Counted from the first letter of the stretch, positions 24,661-38,374 are shown. The stretch: DNA of 64,000 nt from Octopus vulgaris (GCA_951406725.2 OX597816.1:95294001-95358000), one strand, 5' to 3'. Notes: generated by a model not told the origin, from the sequence alone. Numbers and translations are program-made.

Positions 24661-27160
24661 GAGTATAGAAATTCGGGGTGAGTACTTGATAATTATAAGC
24701 ACCTGTGTATACCGTTTGGTGGTGTAGGTGGTGGAGTAAATTGATCAAAATAAAATAAAAACATGATGCGAAGGATTCAGCGGTACATATGTTTCGGGCC
24801 TTTATTAGACAGATTTATAACAATGCATAATGTATGTCTGTGGCCTTCTTCAGCCGCGCACAACAGCTTCCGCAAGGACATGTGTTACATCAAAAATTCT
24901 TGGTTGGGGATGCAAATCCTCTCATCCACGTACGACATAATGCGGCAGCAGCATAGAATTGAAGCGTCCATCTCTTTCTTCTCTCAATGTAGAATGAGGA
25001 AAATTGGATGTTGAGGTAATGTAAATAAATAAATACATATATATAGGTGAAGATGGAGGGGCGAGAGTTCGGGACGAGGGATAAAAAATGTATAAAAAGT
25101 GTAAGTATAGAATAATATAAAAATGTAGAGGATAAAGAGTTGTAAGGAGATGTAAAGGGGGTATAAAGAAATATAAAGAAATATAAATAAATGTAAAGGC
25201 ATAAGGTTATAAAGTAAAAATAGAAATAGAAATAAAAATAAATAGAAATAAAAGTAAAAAAATCTGATAAAACCATGATAAAAGCGTAAAAGAATGTAAA
25301 GATAAGGGATGTATAGAGGTTACGGACCAAGCATGGTGGTCAGGAGATTGATAAAATTTAGTTGTAGAATTGTCAGTAAATCAACAGTAAATCAACAGTT
25401 TCGTCTGGGGACTTAATGCGTTGTAAATCAGAGCTGATGAGCATTTAATCTGGTTCCTTGAATTAAATGGACTTCTGGTACATACATATCATCATGGATA
25501 CATACACCCACATACACGCGTACATATACGCCTCCAAGCATATAAGCATACACACGCACTCGCGTTTAAACACGTCCATAAACACACACGCACCCACACG
25601 CACGCGCGTACACACACATACATACAACAGAATATCCGCATATATACACGGACATTACGCGCGTACACGCTCACATGTATATACGCGCGCCCATCACTAC
25701 ATACACACACGTATATGCCCACGCCTCTAGGTCCGGGTATAAGATATTAAAGGATGTGTATAAGAACGTAAGTAAAGAATCCCGTACTCATGTCAATACG
25801 CGCACGCACACACGGCTGTGTGTCCGTATGTGCGTGCACATATACACCCATACACACACACACAGAGACACACGCGCACATGGGTATAGCTATAAGATAT
25901 CGAAGTATGCATGTACATATATGCGCGTGCATATGTATGTATGCGTATACACACGTACGCGGACGCTCGTATATTCAAAAGATGGATTCATAGGTAAGTA
26001 AATAAACATATATAGAGGTGTAAAGCGATAAGTTAGGGGTAAGAATGAGGGTAAGGGTAAAGATTAGAAATAAAAAATACAGTATAAAATAAGAAATACA
26101 ATGTAATAGTTAGAAATGAAGTATAAGAATTATAAAAATTATAAGAGTTAAGGTAAGGGATGAAAATGAAAATGAGAATAAATGGAAGTAGAATAAAAGT
26201 AAAAATAAAATTAAAAATAAAAATAAATGGAAGTAGGATAAAAGTAAAAATAAAAATAAAAATAAAAATAAAATAAAATAAGATAAAAATATAATTTTGT
26301 AAAGTTTAACATGAGATGGAGGTGGTTGAAAGTTAGAGGTGTGTGTTAAACGTAGGGGCGGGCGGGGGGAACTGAAGATTGGAAGGGTGGGAAGTGGAGT
26401 TTGGCGGTGTGCGTTCAACATCTGAGTTAGAAATGTGAAAGGGTATAGATATAGGGAATTAAAGAGACTACATAGGGAGGATATGGGTGTAGGAGAAGAA
26501 ATATTTGGGGAAAAGAAGTCATATATGGGAGACAAAATTTGTATATATAGGGGGAAAATACAGGGAACCGTATATGCACATACACACACCCACACACACA
26601 CACACACACGCACATGTGTATATATATGTATATGTACACATACGTACACGTATGTGCACATACATACGCACACACACACACACACACATACACACGCACA
26701 TATAGGAAAGCGGGGTGTGCTGGAGCCGACAGGTTGCACCGGGTGGGAGGAAATTGCATGGGGGAGTTGGTATAAGACCTAAGCATTGTAGTATTTGAAA
26801 GTATTAATAAGTTTATGTATACAGGATGGTTTGAACTCTGACCTTTTGTTAATAAGATTGTGTTTGTCTTTGAATTTCAGGATGTTCAGGAGTTCTACAC
26901 AGCATAGTTGGCATCCTGCTCTATTATTTAAATAAGGTGCAGCTGATCCGATGATGGACCATCTGAGTTTGAAGCCTATGCATTTGTCTTTTAATTCCCA
27001 AATTCTTTTAGAGAGGGAGGTGCTGTTAGCCTTATGTCTGTGTCTCAGCGAGGACCGGTGGTTGTAGTATCTGGATTTCCAGGAGGTTGAGCAACCAATA
27101 ATATATATATATGATGTACAAGAAGGATATATATATATATATGATGTACAAGAAGGATAG
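24658..27160 (-). mobile_element. Penelope-like element 3' portion: GIY-YIG C-terminus, long low-complexity 3' region, hammerhead-bearing end
   Basis: YIIGCSTSWKSRYYNHRSSL..STSLSKRIWELK..WSII..CQLC..E..LINKRSEFKPSCIHK (26779-27100), followed on the same strand by the hammerhead at 24780-24857. Continuity of the intervening 2 kb is inferred. Confidence 0.7.
24780..24857 (-). ncRNA. Type I hammerhead ribozyme motif, intact core
   Basis: Minus strand: gcgg CTGAAGA aGGCC..(ACAGA/TCTGT)..GGCCc GAAA CATATG TA ccgc; stem I 4 bp, stem III palindrome ACATATGT, GUA triplet. Confidence 0.75.
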
Positions 27161-27299
27161 TTTAGGGAGAACAACGGAACCTTGGGGAATGCTAAAGTTA
27201 ATTGTGTGTGAATCAGAAAGGTTCTAATTAGCACACACTACAATAAAGCAAACTAACAAGAATTTGAATGAAACGGATGAGGTTCATAGGTTTGTAGCT

Positions 27300-27625
27300 T
27301 AACCCGAATATCCTTGCGCCAGATATTTTCTTCACCGAATTTATATTTCTCAAGAGTGAGAGATCACTGGTAAGTGACAGCACAGGATCCCAAATAGATT
27401 TGGTTTTACGGAATCCGTGCTTATTGGCCATTTAGAAGTTGGAATTATTCAAGATGTTCAAGAAGATGATACTGGAGGTATTTTCCATCACATGGATACT
27501 GGAACGAGGAGTGATGGATCGATTTTCCGCAGAGTTTGAGAGGTTTCTTTTCTCAGAAATAGGATAAACAGTGGGCACGTTTCCAAAGATCGGGATAAAT
27601 TTCAAGAGAAACAGATAAACAGATT
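27300..27625 (-). pseudogene. CR1/L2/Jockey-like RT N-terminal relic
   Basis: PISEKRNLSNSAENRSITPRSSIHVME...NILNNSNF*MANKHGFRKTKS resembles PI.KKG..NYRPISL..KVME..QHGFR..KS. Confidence 0.55.
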
Positions 27626-29871
27626 GATTGATGGTTACAGATAGAAAAAGTAGGAGGGCGAATTTGAAGAAGCGCACTTGACATTATAGTGGATAGCCAC
27701 ACTGTTTAAGGGTAGTGAAAGAAACACTACCATATTTTGAGTTCCTGCTTTGTTTGACTTTTTTTTGTGGCAGCTTTTCAAAAACTGCTAGAGAAATTTA
27801 TTTGGAGTGTGGATATATTATGTAAACATGTTATTGTCATGTGAGATGTTCTGTGGCCATTTTTAGAAGTGATGGTATTGCTATTTTGTATAGTGTTTTA
27901 TTTGTTCCGTGGTTATGAGTTGATGCAAATGTCTGCCAGTTTTCTGTCTTTTCTTATAGTTTATTTCCTTCGCTATTTTCTTAATCAGTTTGATGTTAAG
28001 TTTTATTTCTGAGGTAAGTGCTAAATAAATCTGCTCATAAAACCTAGTTAAACGTCAAAGATGAGGTAATGCGTATTAATTCTGTAGCTGTTCCAATATT
28101 ATAATTATAATACTGTCAATTGAAAACTAGGAGATTTAGTAAGAGCAGACAGAAGATTGAGGAAAATAATTACTATAATTAGTATACATCAGCAACAAAC
28201 TGACGAAATATATATTTACTACGAACATAAAGAGATAATGGCAGTATACAACTAGAAATCTATTAAACCATATCTCCTATTGGATTGCAAATATATTTAT
28301 TAAAGCAAAGATAAACTAATACAAATACAAACAAAACAACTATTTTCTACTTTCAAGGAATCCTGTAAATATTAAATTGCAGAGCTAAGGTAAACAATTG
28401 TCAGAAAAATGGTAAAAAAACATAAGCAGCATAGATTATTTGAAGAAAAACTAAAAATTACCCACCACAAAAAAAAGGAAACAAAACAAAAACAAAAACA
28501 AAACAGAACAAAACTAAGTCGGCAGAGGACGCTGATACGACTTTTATTCTAGTTAATAGCACTACATGGCACCTAATTGCTTTTAGCAAGATTTTGGTTC
28601 AAGTAATTTATGTAAGGATAAGTTGGCCTACTCTAGCAGTGGTTCCTACTGCAACATCACTGATTCGTAGGTGCCTTCTATTTCATTTATTAACCACCAC
28701 CAACTTGTTTGGTACAGCTTCTACTCGATCTATTTATGAGTGAGATAGGCCATTTTTCTCGAGCTTTTTTTCCAGTAGTTTACTTCATGGAAGTCTGGAC
28801 TAAGCCAAAATTTAAATACTTACTTGTTCCGAGTTATAATTCTACAAGCTTTTCTTCATTAAAGTGCACTACAAGAAAACTTGATATACTTCTACTATGA
28901 AATGACTACTTCAAAATCCAGTGCATCTAATATTATCCCTTTCATGTCGTCAGTTCAAGTTTGGTAGCCCTTAAAATCTCTAGCTTCAACTTCTGTAACA
29001 GTGGCTTCTACTGCAAAACAAATAGAACAAATACAGAAGACTATTCATCATGTAACAAGTGTGCGATATGAAAAAGTTCTGATTTAGTGGTTGTACATTG
29101 TAGCGATCCAGCCTCTGAAAGCGAATCCGAGACCGATTGCGCTGAGGTTATAGCTGCAATCTTAGGTTATAGAGCAAAAGTTGTCAAATTTCTCCTCCTT
29201 CTTCGGTTCGTCCCTTAACACTGTTAACCTCAATGGTTTACACGTCTGGAGTTGTCTTCACTTTGCGTCCAGTTGTAGGGGACATCTGCTAAAGCTGCTT
29301 CGAACAAGTCTGTCATGGAGAAATAACGTTATGGCAGGCCATCCTGTTTCTGAAATTTGTTATTGTTCATTTTCACACACAAACGTGTGTACGTATATAA
29401 ATATATATACACATATAAATTCATGCATATACATACACAATAACAGTAAATGGCATGAGTGTGGCGTCTTATTACAACATGCCACTGACAAATGCATGGA
29501 TCCGTTAGAGGTATACGTTGATACACGGTCTATTTATGGACATGGGTTAATTGTCTTCTGATGTTTGATCAACGAACGGTGAAACTTTTCATGAAAATCT
29601 TTTTTTATCATTGTTGTATCACGGGAGGGTCATATTTGTCGATAATAAACACAAGCACTGCGTCAGTTTCATGTATTTATTATTCGTTAACTTTTTAACC
29701 ATTCTACCAGCTAACTAATTGGTTGTTTGATTGAGCATTCAGTTAATTAATGAGTTGTGTTCGTGAAAATTCTCATGTTGCCATTCGCGATCACTTCAGT
29801 GCCATGCTCTCTCTACCCCAGGTCAGTTTCAGAGATAGACCTGAGATTTCTCTTGGCTAGTATATACAACT

Positions 29872-30010
29872 GGTACTCCGTCGGTTACGACAACGAGGGT
29901 TCCAGTTGAAATTAACGTGCAAGTGGCTGAGCACTCCACAGACACATGTACTTTTAACGTAGTTCTCAGAGTGATTCAGCGTAACACAGAATATGACAAA
30001 GCTGGCCCTT
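29872..30010 (-). mobile_element. SINE family D 3' segment
   Basis: Homologous to 57715-57865 (TTACGAC.ACGAGGGTTCC.GTTGA...AGCACTC..CAGAC...TTCAGCGT.ACACAGA). Confidence 0.7.
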
Positions 30011-30021
30011 ATTATTATTAT

Positions 30022-30072
<51 letters not shown>

Positions 30073-30074
<2 letters not shown>

Positions 30075-30195
30075 AGGCGGCGTGTACGCCGGATGAAATG
30101 CTTGGCGGTATTTCGCTCGTCACTACATTCTGAGTTCATATTACGCCGAGGTCGACTTTGTCTTTCATTCTTCGGGGTCGATAATGAGGTACTAC
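30073..30195 (+). mobile_element. SINE fragment with Nin/Deu-like block
   Basis: GAGGTCGACTTTGTCTTTCATTCTTCGGGGTCGATAA..GTAC resembles the Nin/Deu SINE domain (recalled consensus). Confidence 0.55.
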
Positions 30196-31101
30196 TGATT
30201 TTGCCAGCTGAGTGGATACATAAAAAGATACATAAAACAGTAGAATGTGATTTCAGGGAAATTTGGTTGCTATTCTTTCAGAGCAAGCTACCAGTAGCTT
30301 TTCTATTCTTTCTTCGTATAGACATACATACATAAGATATTACGGTCGGCAATAAGAAAAAAAAATCACGTCTATTTCTAGCAGGAATAGGTCTCTCTTG
30401 TCGCATATACACATATTCGAGAATATATGACTTGAGGGAGATATGGCTGCCATTTTTAGCAGTTCGAAATATTCTGAATCTATCGTGATTTTGATACCCT
30501 TCCATTTTAATCACAACATATATAACGCGTTGTGAACAGATGAAAGACTGATGCGTTATATATGTTGACTTTGCAACGATTTAATCTCCGTATTTCCTAG
30601 TTTAAATATATTCTCTTAGAAAGAATCAACATTACTGTCATCAGAATTCATGTTAATTCTATCACCTAAAATATAGTCTGCAGTTTCTTTTCCAATGGAC
30701 AGAGTCCAGAAATATAATAAGTCTGCATTGTGAAATGATATTAAAATTACACTGCATTGGCCAACTCGTATGATTATCGGAAAAACAGGACACGGAATAT
30801 TTATATTAGATTTCTGGCAATATATTGTCATTTGTCCATTTCTTTCCTGTCTTTTCAATAATGTAGGCAACGTAATGGCAAAGTTTCGTTCAATAAATGA
30901 AGAAGAAAATTTGATGGTCCACTTGAATTACCGAGTTTTGTAAAAGAAGGATCGACTTAGAGTCTAGGTTTCGAGATCTTCTCTAGAAAGTTATAAATGT
31001 TACCAAATAACATTCTTCTTCGCCTGCGAATTTAGTTCTCTGTAAGAAAATACTGTTATGAGCAACACATATTAACCGTTAACGAATAGTATAAAAAGGT
31101 C

Positions 31102-31144
<43 letters not shown>

Positions 31145-31150
31145 GTTATT

Positions 31151-31434
31151 CAGTAGTTTTATTTTTATAGCGTGCTTTCACTTCACTACCGAGCACAGCT
31201 CTGTGTGCCTTGGGTATGTGCTGTGATTTGTTGTGATGCTCTGATGGTTATTGTATGGAAAGTGTTCTGCGTAGGATGTGTGCAGTGCTATTAGGGTTCA
31301 TTGCTGTATCCAAGTCTATATCTCTATTATTTTCCTTCCATATTTTATATGTATGTGTTGTTGTATTTTCATTTTTTGGGTAGAGTACTGCTGTGAAGTA
31401 TGCGTGTAAGATAGAAATGTATTCCTCACGTGTC

Positions 31435-31436
<2 letters not shown>
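31151..31436 (-). mobile_element. R4/Dong-like LINE 3' end joined to a possible internal fragment
   Basis: 31151-31288 is nearly identical to 12321-12458; (ATT)n on both flanks. Confidence 0.75.
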
Positions 31437-31492
<56 letters not shown>

Positions 31493-31493
<1 letters not shown>

Positions 31494-32512
31494 GTTTTTT
31501 TTCTTTCTTTCTTCAAATTTTCTTCCATTTCTCGCCAAGTGTTTTCCATGCACATAGGGCAGAGAAGTTCATTGTATGCATTCCCAGATTACACACGCAA
31601 ATTCACACGCAAATATGTATTTAAAAAAATAAAAATAAATAAATTCATGAATGGATGTTGTTTTCATAGCGATAATACTCTTCTCAGTACATGAGCCGTT
31701 CCAGTTAAAACGATTTTTTGCACTTCCTGTAGGGATGGTAAGCCTGGTATTATTTTCAAATAGATTTCAGTATCTTTTTTTATCATTTCTAGAGATCCTA
31801 CAATCACTGGTACTGTAGTCGCCTTGAGATGCCACATTTTTTCAATTACTATATTTACTGATCTTGACGAATTCTTTCGCTGCTATATTGTGATCGCAAG
31901 GAATACTCATGTCAGTTAATAAACACATCCTTTTTGTCTGATCTTTGATAATAATATCCGTTTATTAGCTTTTATAGTGTTGCCGGTATGTACGGGGAAG
32001 TCCCAGAGAATCGACACATTTTCTCCCTCAGTCACAGCTTCAGGATGGTGTTTATACCATTTGTCAGCGGTTTTGATTTTATAATGCCGACATAATGTCC
32101 AGTGTAAATACTGGCCGATTCTGTCATGTCTTGCTTTATATTCTACAGGTGCTAAGACTCTACACCCTGAGATTAGGTGGTCTATAGTTTTAATCTCATC
32201 GTTACAGAATCGGCATTTTGCGTCAGCTCCATTTTTTTTTTATCACATTGGTTTGGTAGTTCCGGGTTAATAAGCTTTGGCCTTGAGCAGCTAATATGAA
32301 AACTTCACTCTCTACTTTTAGCCCTGAGCTTCGTAACCATCGATGCGTGAGTTTCTGGTCAACATCAGCTTGTGTGCTACAGGCCACATATTTGACATGC
32401 GGAGATTTCTGTTCCCATCTGCAAGCTAATTTTTCATGTGTTTTTGTCTTTGCAATTAATTTTATTTTCTCTGCAGCAGCAGTTGGCGCATTTCCTTCAA
32501 CCTGATCAATCT
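31493..32512 (-). mobile_element. R4/Dong-like LINE, 5'-truncated, with zinc knuckle and RLE endonuclease (frameshifted)
   Basis: CRFC..ETIDHLISGC..YKARHDRIGQYLHW..ILWDFPVHT..IKANK(P)DIII..CLLTDMSIP..QEVQKIVLTGTAHVLRRVLSL*; flanked by (ATT)n arrays at 31437-31492 and 32513-32735. Confidence 0.85.
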
Positions 32513-32513
32513 G

Positions 32514-32578
<65 letters not shown>

Positions 32579-32590
32579 TGTTATTATTAC

Positions 32591-32628
<38 letters not shown>

Positions 32629-32661
32629 TATTATTATTATTATTAACGTTGTTATTATTAC

Positions 32662-32734
<73 letters not shown>

Positions 32735-35700
32735 GAAGTTTAATTAATTTTGGGTTATTTTGTTTTATCCTTTATAGTTTATGGAATGGCTAGTTATACA
32801 CTTGCTATTTGTATTTACTGCAGTTCTAAGGATAGTTACAGCTCTTCCGGCTTTCTCGGTTATGTGCTATATTGTTTGTTAACATCCAGTTTTCATGTAT
32901 ATGAAGATAACTACTTTCTTGGGTAGTTATAATTTGATGTGTCTCGTTTCTTATTTCAACTGTGTATTGACTTTCAGTGTCGTTGTGTTAACGTATCGCC
33001 TCGTGTGTTTCAGTCTTCGTACTTAATCTTGATCATACAACTGGCATATTTAACCGTGACCAAGCTTCTCCCTATCTGGTATGTTTAATCTAAGATTGAG
33101 TTATCCACTATAGTCAAACATTTCGAAGACATTAAGGGGAAGTTTAGAGGAGATTAGCATCTATAAATAGCAGATCGAGCAACCAGTAGAAATATATTTG
33201 TTGGCTGAAAAATGAAATATATCTATTCAAAGTAGAGACGACCTCCTAACACGTTCACGTGCTTATCTTCAATGGGAACAAATTTACATTTATTTATTTG
33301 AGAAAAGTTTTAGCGTTAACTGAATATCTGATATCTAACTTAGGCACACCAGGGTTACCGTCTTAAAAAGGAAGGAGAAATTTAAAATGCAGTTCTAGTT
33401 ACAGAAAAAAGAAAGCAGATATTGATATAATTCGACCGCCTTCGGCCAAAGATCCGCTCGGTTAGGGTCGACCTAGCGTTAAATAAGACCAGCAACAGCC
33501 TCCCTGATAGTACCCCCATATAATGATGTCTACCCGATGCCCATATTTATACTATCCGCGACTTTCTAATTTCAGTGTTTCCGCCAACTTATTTCGTGTT
33601 TTCTCCCTTCAATTTCTATTGTTTCAAGTTTTCGTAATTGTTCATCGTACAGTATATGACATAAAATTGTGTTAAGCCAAGCACATGAATATCCTTCTTG
33701 TTATTCAAAGGTATCTTACTGAATTATTCTTCAAGAGATGTCCAGGTTCCGTGACTTAACTTCTCCTTATTTGTTAACCGAAAAAAAGTTACATTAATTT
33801 GAATAAATTATTTTTACGGCCCCAAAAGACCATTGGAATTGCTCTTCTTTCTTAAATTAAATTAAACCAAATTTTTTATTACTCGCTAATACTATTTGTA
33901 TTCTTAAAAAACAAAATCGGCTAAGGAAATTTTCCTTGAGTATATAAATGAAATTTTCGAAAATCATTCTTAATATCTTGAAATTATTCTTGTTTTTCTT
34001 TGAAAGTCGTTAAAACTTAAACTTAGGATTATGTTTAAGAGGGTGAGTTCATTTAATTGAAAGTCTTATTGCATACATTTATGCTATTCTTGAGTTATTT
34101 AGATAGCTTCTTTTAATTATTATTATTAATATATGAACAACCCATCGAAAATGAAAGAATAGAAGTAGGCTTTGACTGAGATCTATAATGAACTCAACGA
34201 TTCATAAGGTCAGAAATTAATCCGGTCTCCATAGGGCATAAATATTTGAGAGTTCAACACTCCTACTTTAACTGAACGCTGACCTGTCGTGGGTTAACTT
34301 TCCATTTGTTGCTGATGAGTGAAACTGGAGCAACGTGAAATTAAATGTTTTGCTCAATAGCACAATGTCACCGTTGGTTAGTTGAAATTATAACTTGATG
34401 AGTGCAACACCGTAAAGACAAGGTTATGTGTATTTATAAAAAGAAAGGAAAGAAAGAAAATGTAAAGGATAAAATGACACTCCATATTCTCAATCTTTCC
34501 AAGTGGGATATAATATGAGCTGCAATAATATCCATTCTATTCTGAGGCATTATACAAAATTCATACCCTGACAACATTACATTAGGTCGCTTCCTTTCCT
34601 TCTCGGAATAAAGAATAGAGGTAAAGTGAAATACTATCTGTGTTGTATCGTAAATAAATAACATTTTAAGTACTGCTTCAATTGTGTAGCCCCGATGCGC
34701 GGCTGGATACATAATGCTTATATTTTATGTAGTATAGACTATACAGCCTCATAAACACAACAACGAAAGAGAATAAAGACACTGAAAAGACTAAACAACA
34801 ATTTATAGGTGCAGAAAAACGATCATATAGAAATCTCACGCTTTCAGTGTAAATCAAATGTCTAACGTTTGGTTTAAATCAATATTATATAATGGATATT
34901 TAAATGTGAAGATGTTCAAATATATTGTATCGTCAGAGATATATGATACTTGATAAAATAATACTTTAGTTCTCTCAATTGATGGGTTTTTTTTTAGGAA
35001 GAAGCATTTCCTTTCAACTTATCAACCAATTAAATGTGTTGTAACGGAAGAGAAATGAAATCAAAGAACATGAAATTAATTGCAAAAATACAATAGAGCA
35101 AAGAGTCGAGTGAAAATGACAATGGAAGCAAATGTCTGAAGAATAAAATCGAGAAAAAAGATATTACACAAATGAATAACGTGATAAATTCGTGTGGCAG
35201 GTTGAATTTATTAGTAACAAAAATCTAGAAATAATAGAACTTGAAATATTAAATTGAATTCACACACGCACACTCATACACACATACGCACACAAAGACA
35301 GTCATACATACATACATACATACATACATACATACATACATACATACATAGAAGCATATATACATGCATGAGACATACATACATATAGACATGATGAAAT
35401 GTTGATATGTACTGAAATCGGTTATAGATTAGTGTGGAAGTTATAACCAAACAAGTGGTACATCAGTAAAGAATTCCTTTTATAGTATTATCTGGTATGA
35501 AGTCTTCAGTTTCTTCTTCAGCAGTCATTATCTATTTTCTCTAATTCAGTACATATTAAACATATACTCGTGCGTCATTTTATCCATACACTGTGACTTA
35601 ATATCGGTTTCATTCCTCCTTAATTGGGTCTTGTTTTTCTTGAATTAAGTAGTCCTGACCTCTGACTGAGGGACAAGGCAAGAGATTTATTGGCGATAGA

Positions 35701-36094
35701 AATGAGATTAGATAATATTAGTGAATCGGCATCAAACATCAGAATAAAAGAAGTAACATAAAACATGCTTTCTATCGTTAAGTCTAATATACTTATTGTC
35801 ATTTAGGATGGATGCCATTCATTTAGTTTTGGAAGAAGCTGGATTTTGCGATGTTCGTGTATTTTCTCCAGGATTTTAGCAGATTTATTGAATTTATATG
35901 AAAAGCAACCGAGGATCAAAAAATTATCACCTATATAATAGCGACTTTATTTTGTTAGTAGTAGCAGTTTTTTGTAGAAAGGAATATAGTCAGCTGAGTT
36001 GATAGTAAAAGTCATCTACTAGACCTACATCGAAATATTTCATTTGTTCATCATTTTTCTTAAGGGAGCTTTGTTTTCAATGAATATATAAACA

Positions 36095-36205
36095 TTAGGT
36101 AAGCAACACCAGAAGATGTTAAAAGACATGCTTCCGGATTCAATCCCACTGCGTGGCACTCCAGATGAATTTCTTCAGCTATAGTCTCAGGTCGACTAAA
36201 GCCTT

Positions 36206-36248
<43 letters not shown>

Positions 36249-36445
36249 CGTACATGTGTGTGCCTGCGCTCGTGCTGTTACCTACCACCACTTGACAACC
36301 GGTGTTGACGCCCTCGTAACTAAGCGGTTCAAAAATTGAGACCGATAGAACAGATGTCAGGATTTATAAAAAAAATAAGTACTGGGGTTAATTCGTTTAA
36401 TTAAAATTCTTCACGGCTGTTCTCCAGTGAAACAAATAAAACAAA
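36095..36445 (+). mobile_element. SINE family A with internal (TG)n
   Basis: TTCAATCCCACTGCGTGGCAC..AAAGCCTTG..(TG)n..CTTGACAACCGGTGTTG..GAGACCGATAGAA. Confidence 0.75.
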
Positions 36446-38203
36446 ATATACAAAACAAATTAAATTTTAAAAAATACTGTTAAGATAAACTAAAAACTAA
36501 AGAACTAATGATGTTAGTAGACGATAATTACCCAAATGCCTTTTAATTTTTAACTGTTTAATCTATATTATATGAATTTATAAACACACACGAACGCACA
36601 CGAATAAACACAATAACGCACACAAATAAACACACACGAACGCATACGTTCGTGTGTGTTTATTTGTGTTGTGTGTGTGTGTGTGTTATGGGATGTTCAG
36701 GTAGAGGGAATGTTTTAGGTTCCGGCAGCAGCATTCTACATGTTTATTGAATACCTGACCATCACGTTTGGTCACGAGATTGTTTTCAGTCACACTCCGC
36801 TAAGTGTTACTCCCGATAGATTAAACTTAAAGAGAGTCTAGTGCAAATAACAAATAACATTACTCCGGTCTACTGGTATACCATAATGCCATTCAGTAAA
36901 AACATAAAATACCAGATAGGTCGAAACCTAGAAAATTAATGATTACTTTCTCCATTTCCAATCCCAGACATTTAGGTTCACATGTTCAGAGAAACAGAAA
37001 CATTATAATGGATTACGAATGAATCTTATTGAATTAGTGAAGAGACAAATGGGAACCTATTTATGTTTTCTTCACATGCATGAGAGCAGCTGAACAAGTC
37101 AACGGGGAAAAAATTATCAATTTTATACTGCAGCTGCTGATACTTCTAATCGAATCCACTTCACATTCAACTAAATTTTGTTCAGCTAAGACTACATAAC
37201 ATATTAGTTTGTAACTTTATCGTATATTGAAAGGTCAGAATAAGTGCATTGTTCTTGCATTAGATTACATCGCATCAGCTGCTACGGTCGTTGGAGGAGC
37301 TGTATCTTCATCCTTTGAGTGACATTTTGACTGCTAATTTCACTTCTCAGTCTATTAAAGTATTTCCACTTTATTATTGGGGAAAATAGAATAGTGGTTT
37401 CCCGTTGCTTTCTGCCAGTTTATTTAGAGTTTACGCTGCTAGTCTCCTGCTCTCTGATGAACAGTACCTATTTAACATTTAATCAGGGGCATGGTTCACC
37501 TGACATTCAGGCAAGTCCTCAAATATTTGTGGCACATTACAAGGGATAAGGACTATTCCGTGTCCTATATGCTTTGCCATTGGAACAACTATTTGACTCA
37601 TAATTGGGGATCTTTGACGAGCACTATCACAGCGGAATAGAACGAACATGACAGTAGTTGGGAATAAGGTGTATCTCAATTTTCTTCCAAACTCCAGAAG
37701 ATCTAAGGTCTCACAACTCCTTGTAATTTAATGTTTTGCCCAGGAAAATAAATACATACATCCAATCATACACGCATGCTAGCATACATACGCACATACA
37801 AATCTACAAACATATACTTGCATACATACGTACATACAGACACAATAATGGTGTTGAAGTTAGTCAAGTCAGCATTCTTCTTCTTATAATGAATGACATC
37901 CCCTAAAATTTGCTCTTAATATGGAAATGAAAACAATGTGTCTCTTTTTTTTTTAAATAAACGTGAAGAGGCACTTTAATATAGAAGATCGTAGCAGAAA
38001 TCAAGAGTAGAAAATTATCTGAAAGTCAACTTGCCGGATTACTACCACATATATCATAGACACACACACTCACACACAGACCCCCCCCACACACACCCAA
38101 ACATTATATGCATATATTTAGTGTGTCTGGCTATCTGATTATATGCATGTATCTAACGATCTCCATTCACATCAGTCTATGTATCCTTCATATTTCATCC
38201 AAC

Positions 38204-38237
<34 letters not shown>

Positions 38238-38322
38238 TGTATGTATGTATGTATGTATGTATGTATGTATATATATGTACGTATGTATATATATATATGT
38301 GTATATATATATATATATATAT

Positions 38323-38363
<41 letters not shown>

Positions 38364-38374
38364 CATATAGATAA

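Noticed and set aside
24885-24932. SECIS-like AUGA...UGAU hairpin on the minus strand upstream of the hammerhead (some Naiad PLEs encode selenoproteins)
   Set aside because: Helix II pairs only about 7 bp, mostly GU/AU, and no in-frame TGA replaces a Cys in the GIY-YIG fragments here. SECISearch3 on the family consensus would settle it.
25395-25445. GTTTCG and CTGATGA close together
   Set aside because: The two core halves lie on opposite strands, so no hammerhead can form.
34308-34335. CTGATGAGTGAAAC with gttg/caac flanks
   Set aside because: No stem II and no UH triplet in position; lies in a reverse-oriented SINE fragment, so likely coincidental.
37479-37740. 66-aa minus ORF as a host exon
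   Set aside because: No recognisable domain or clear splice sites; may be a decayed LINE 3' end.
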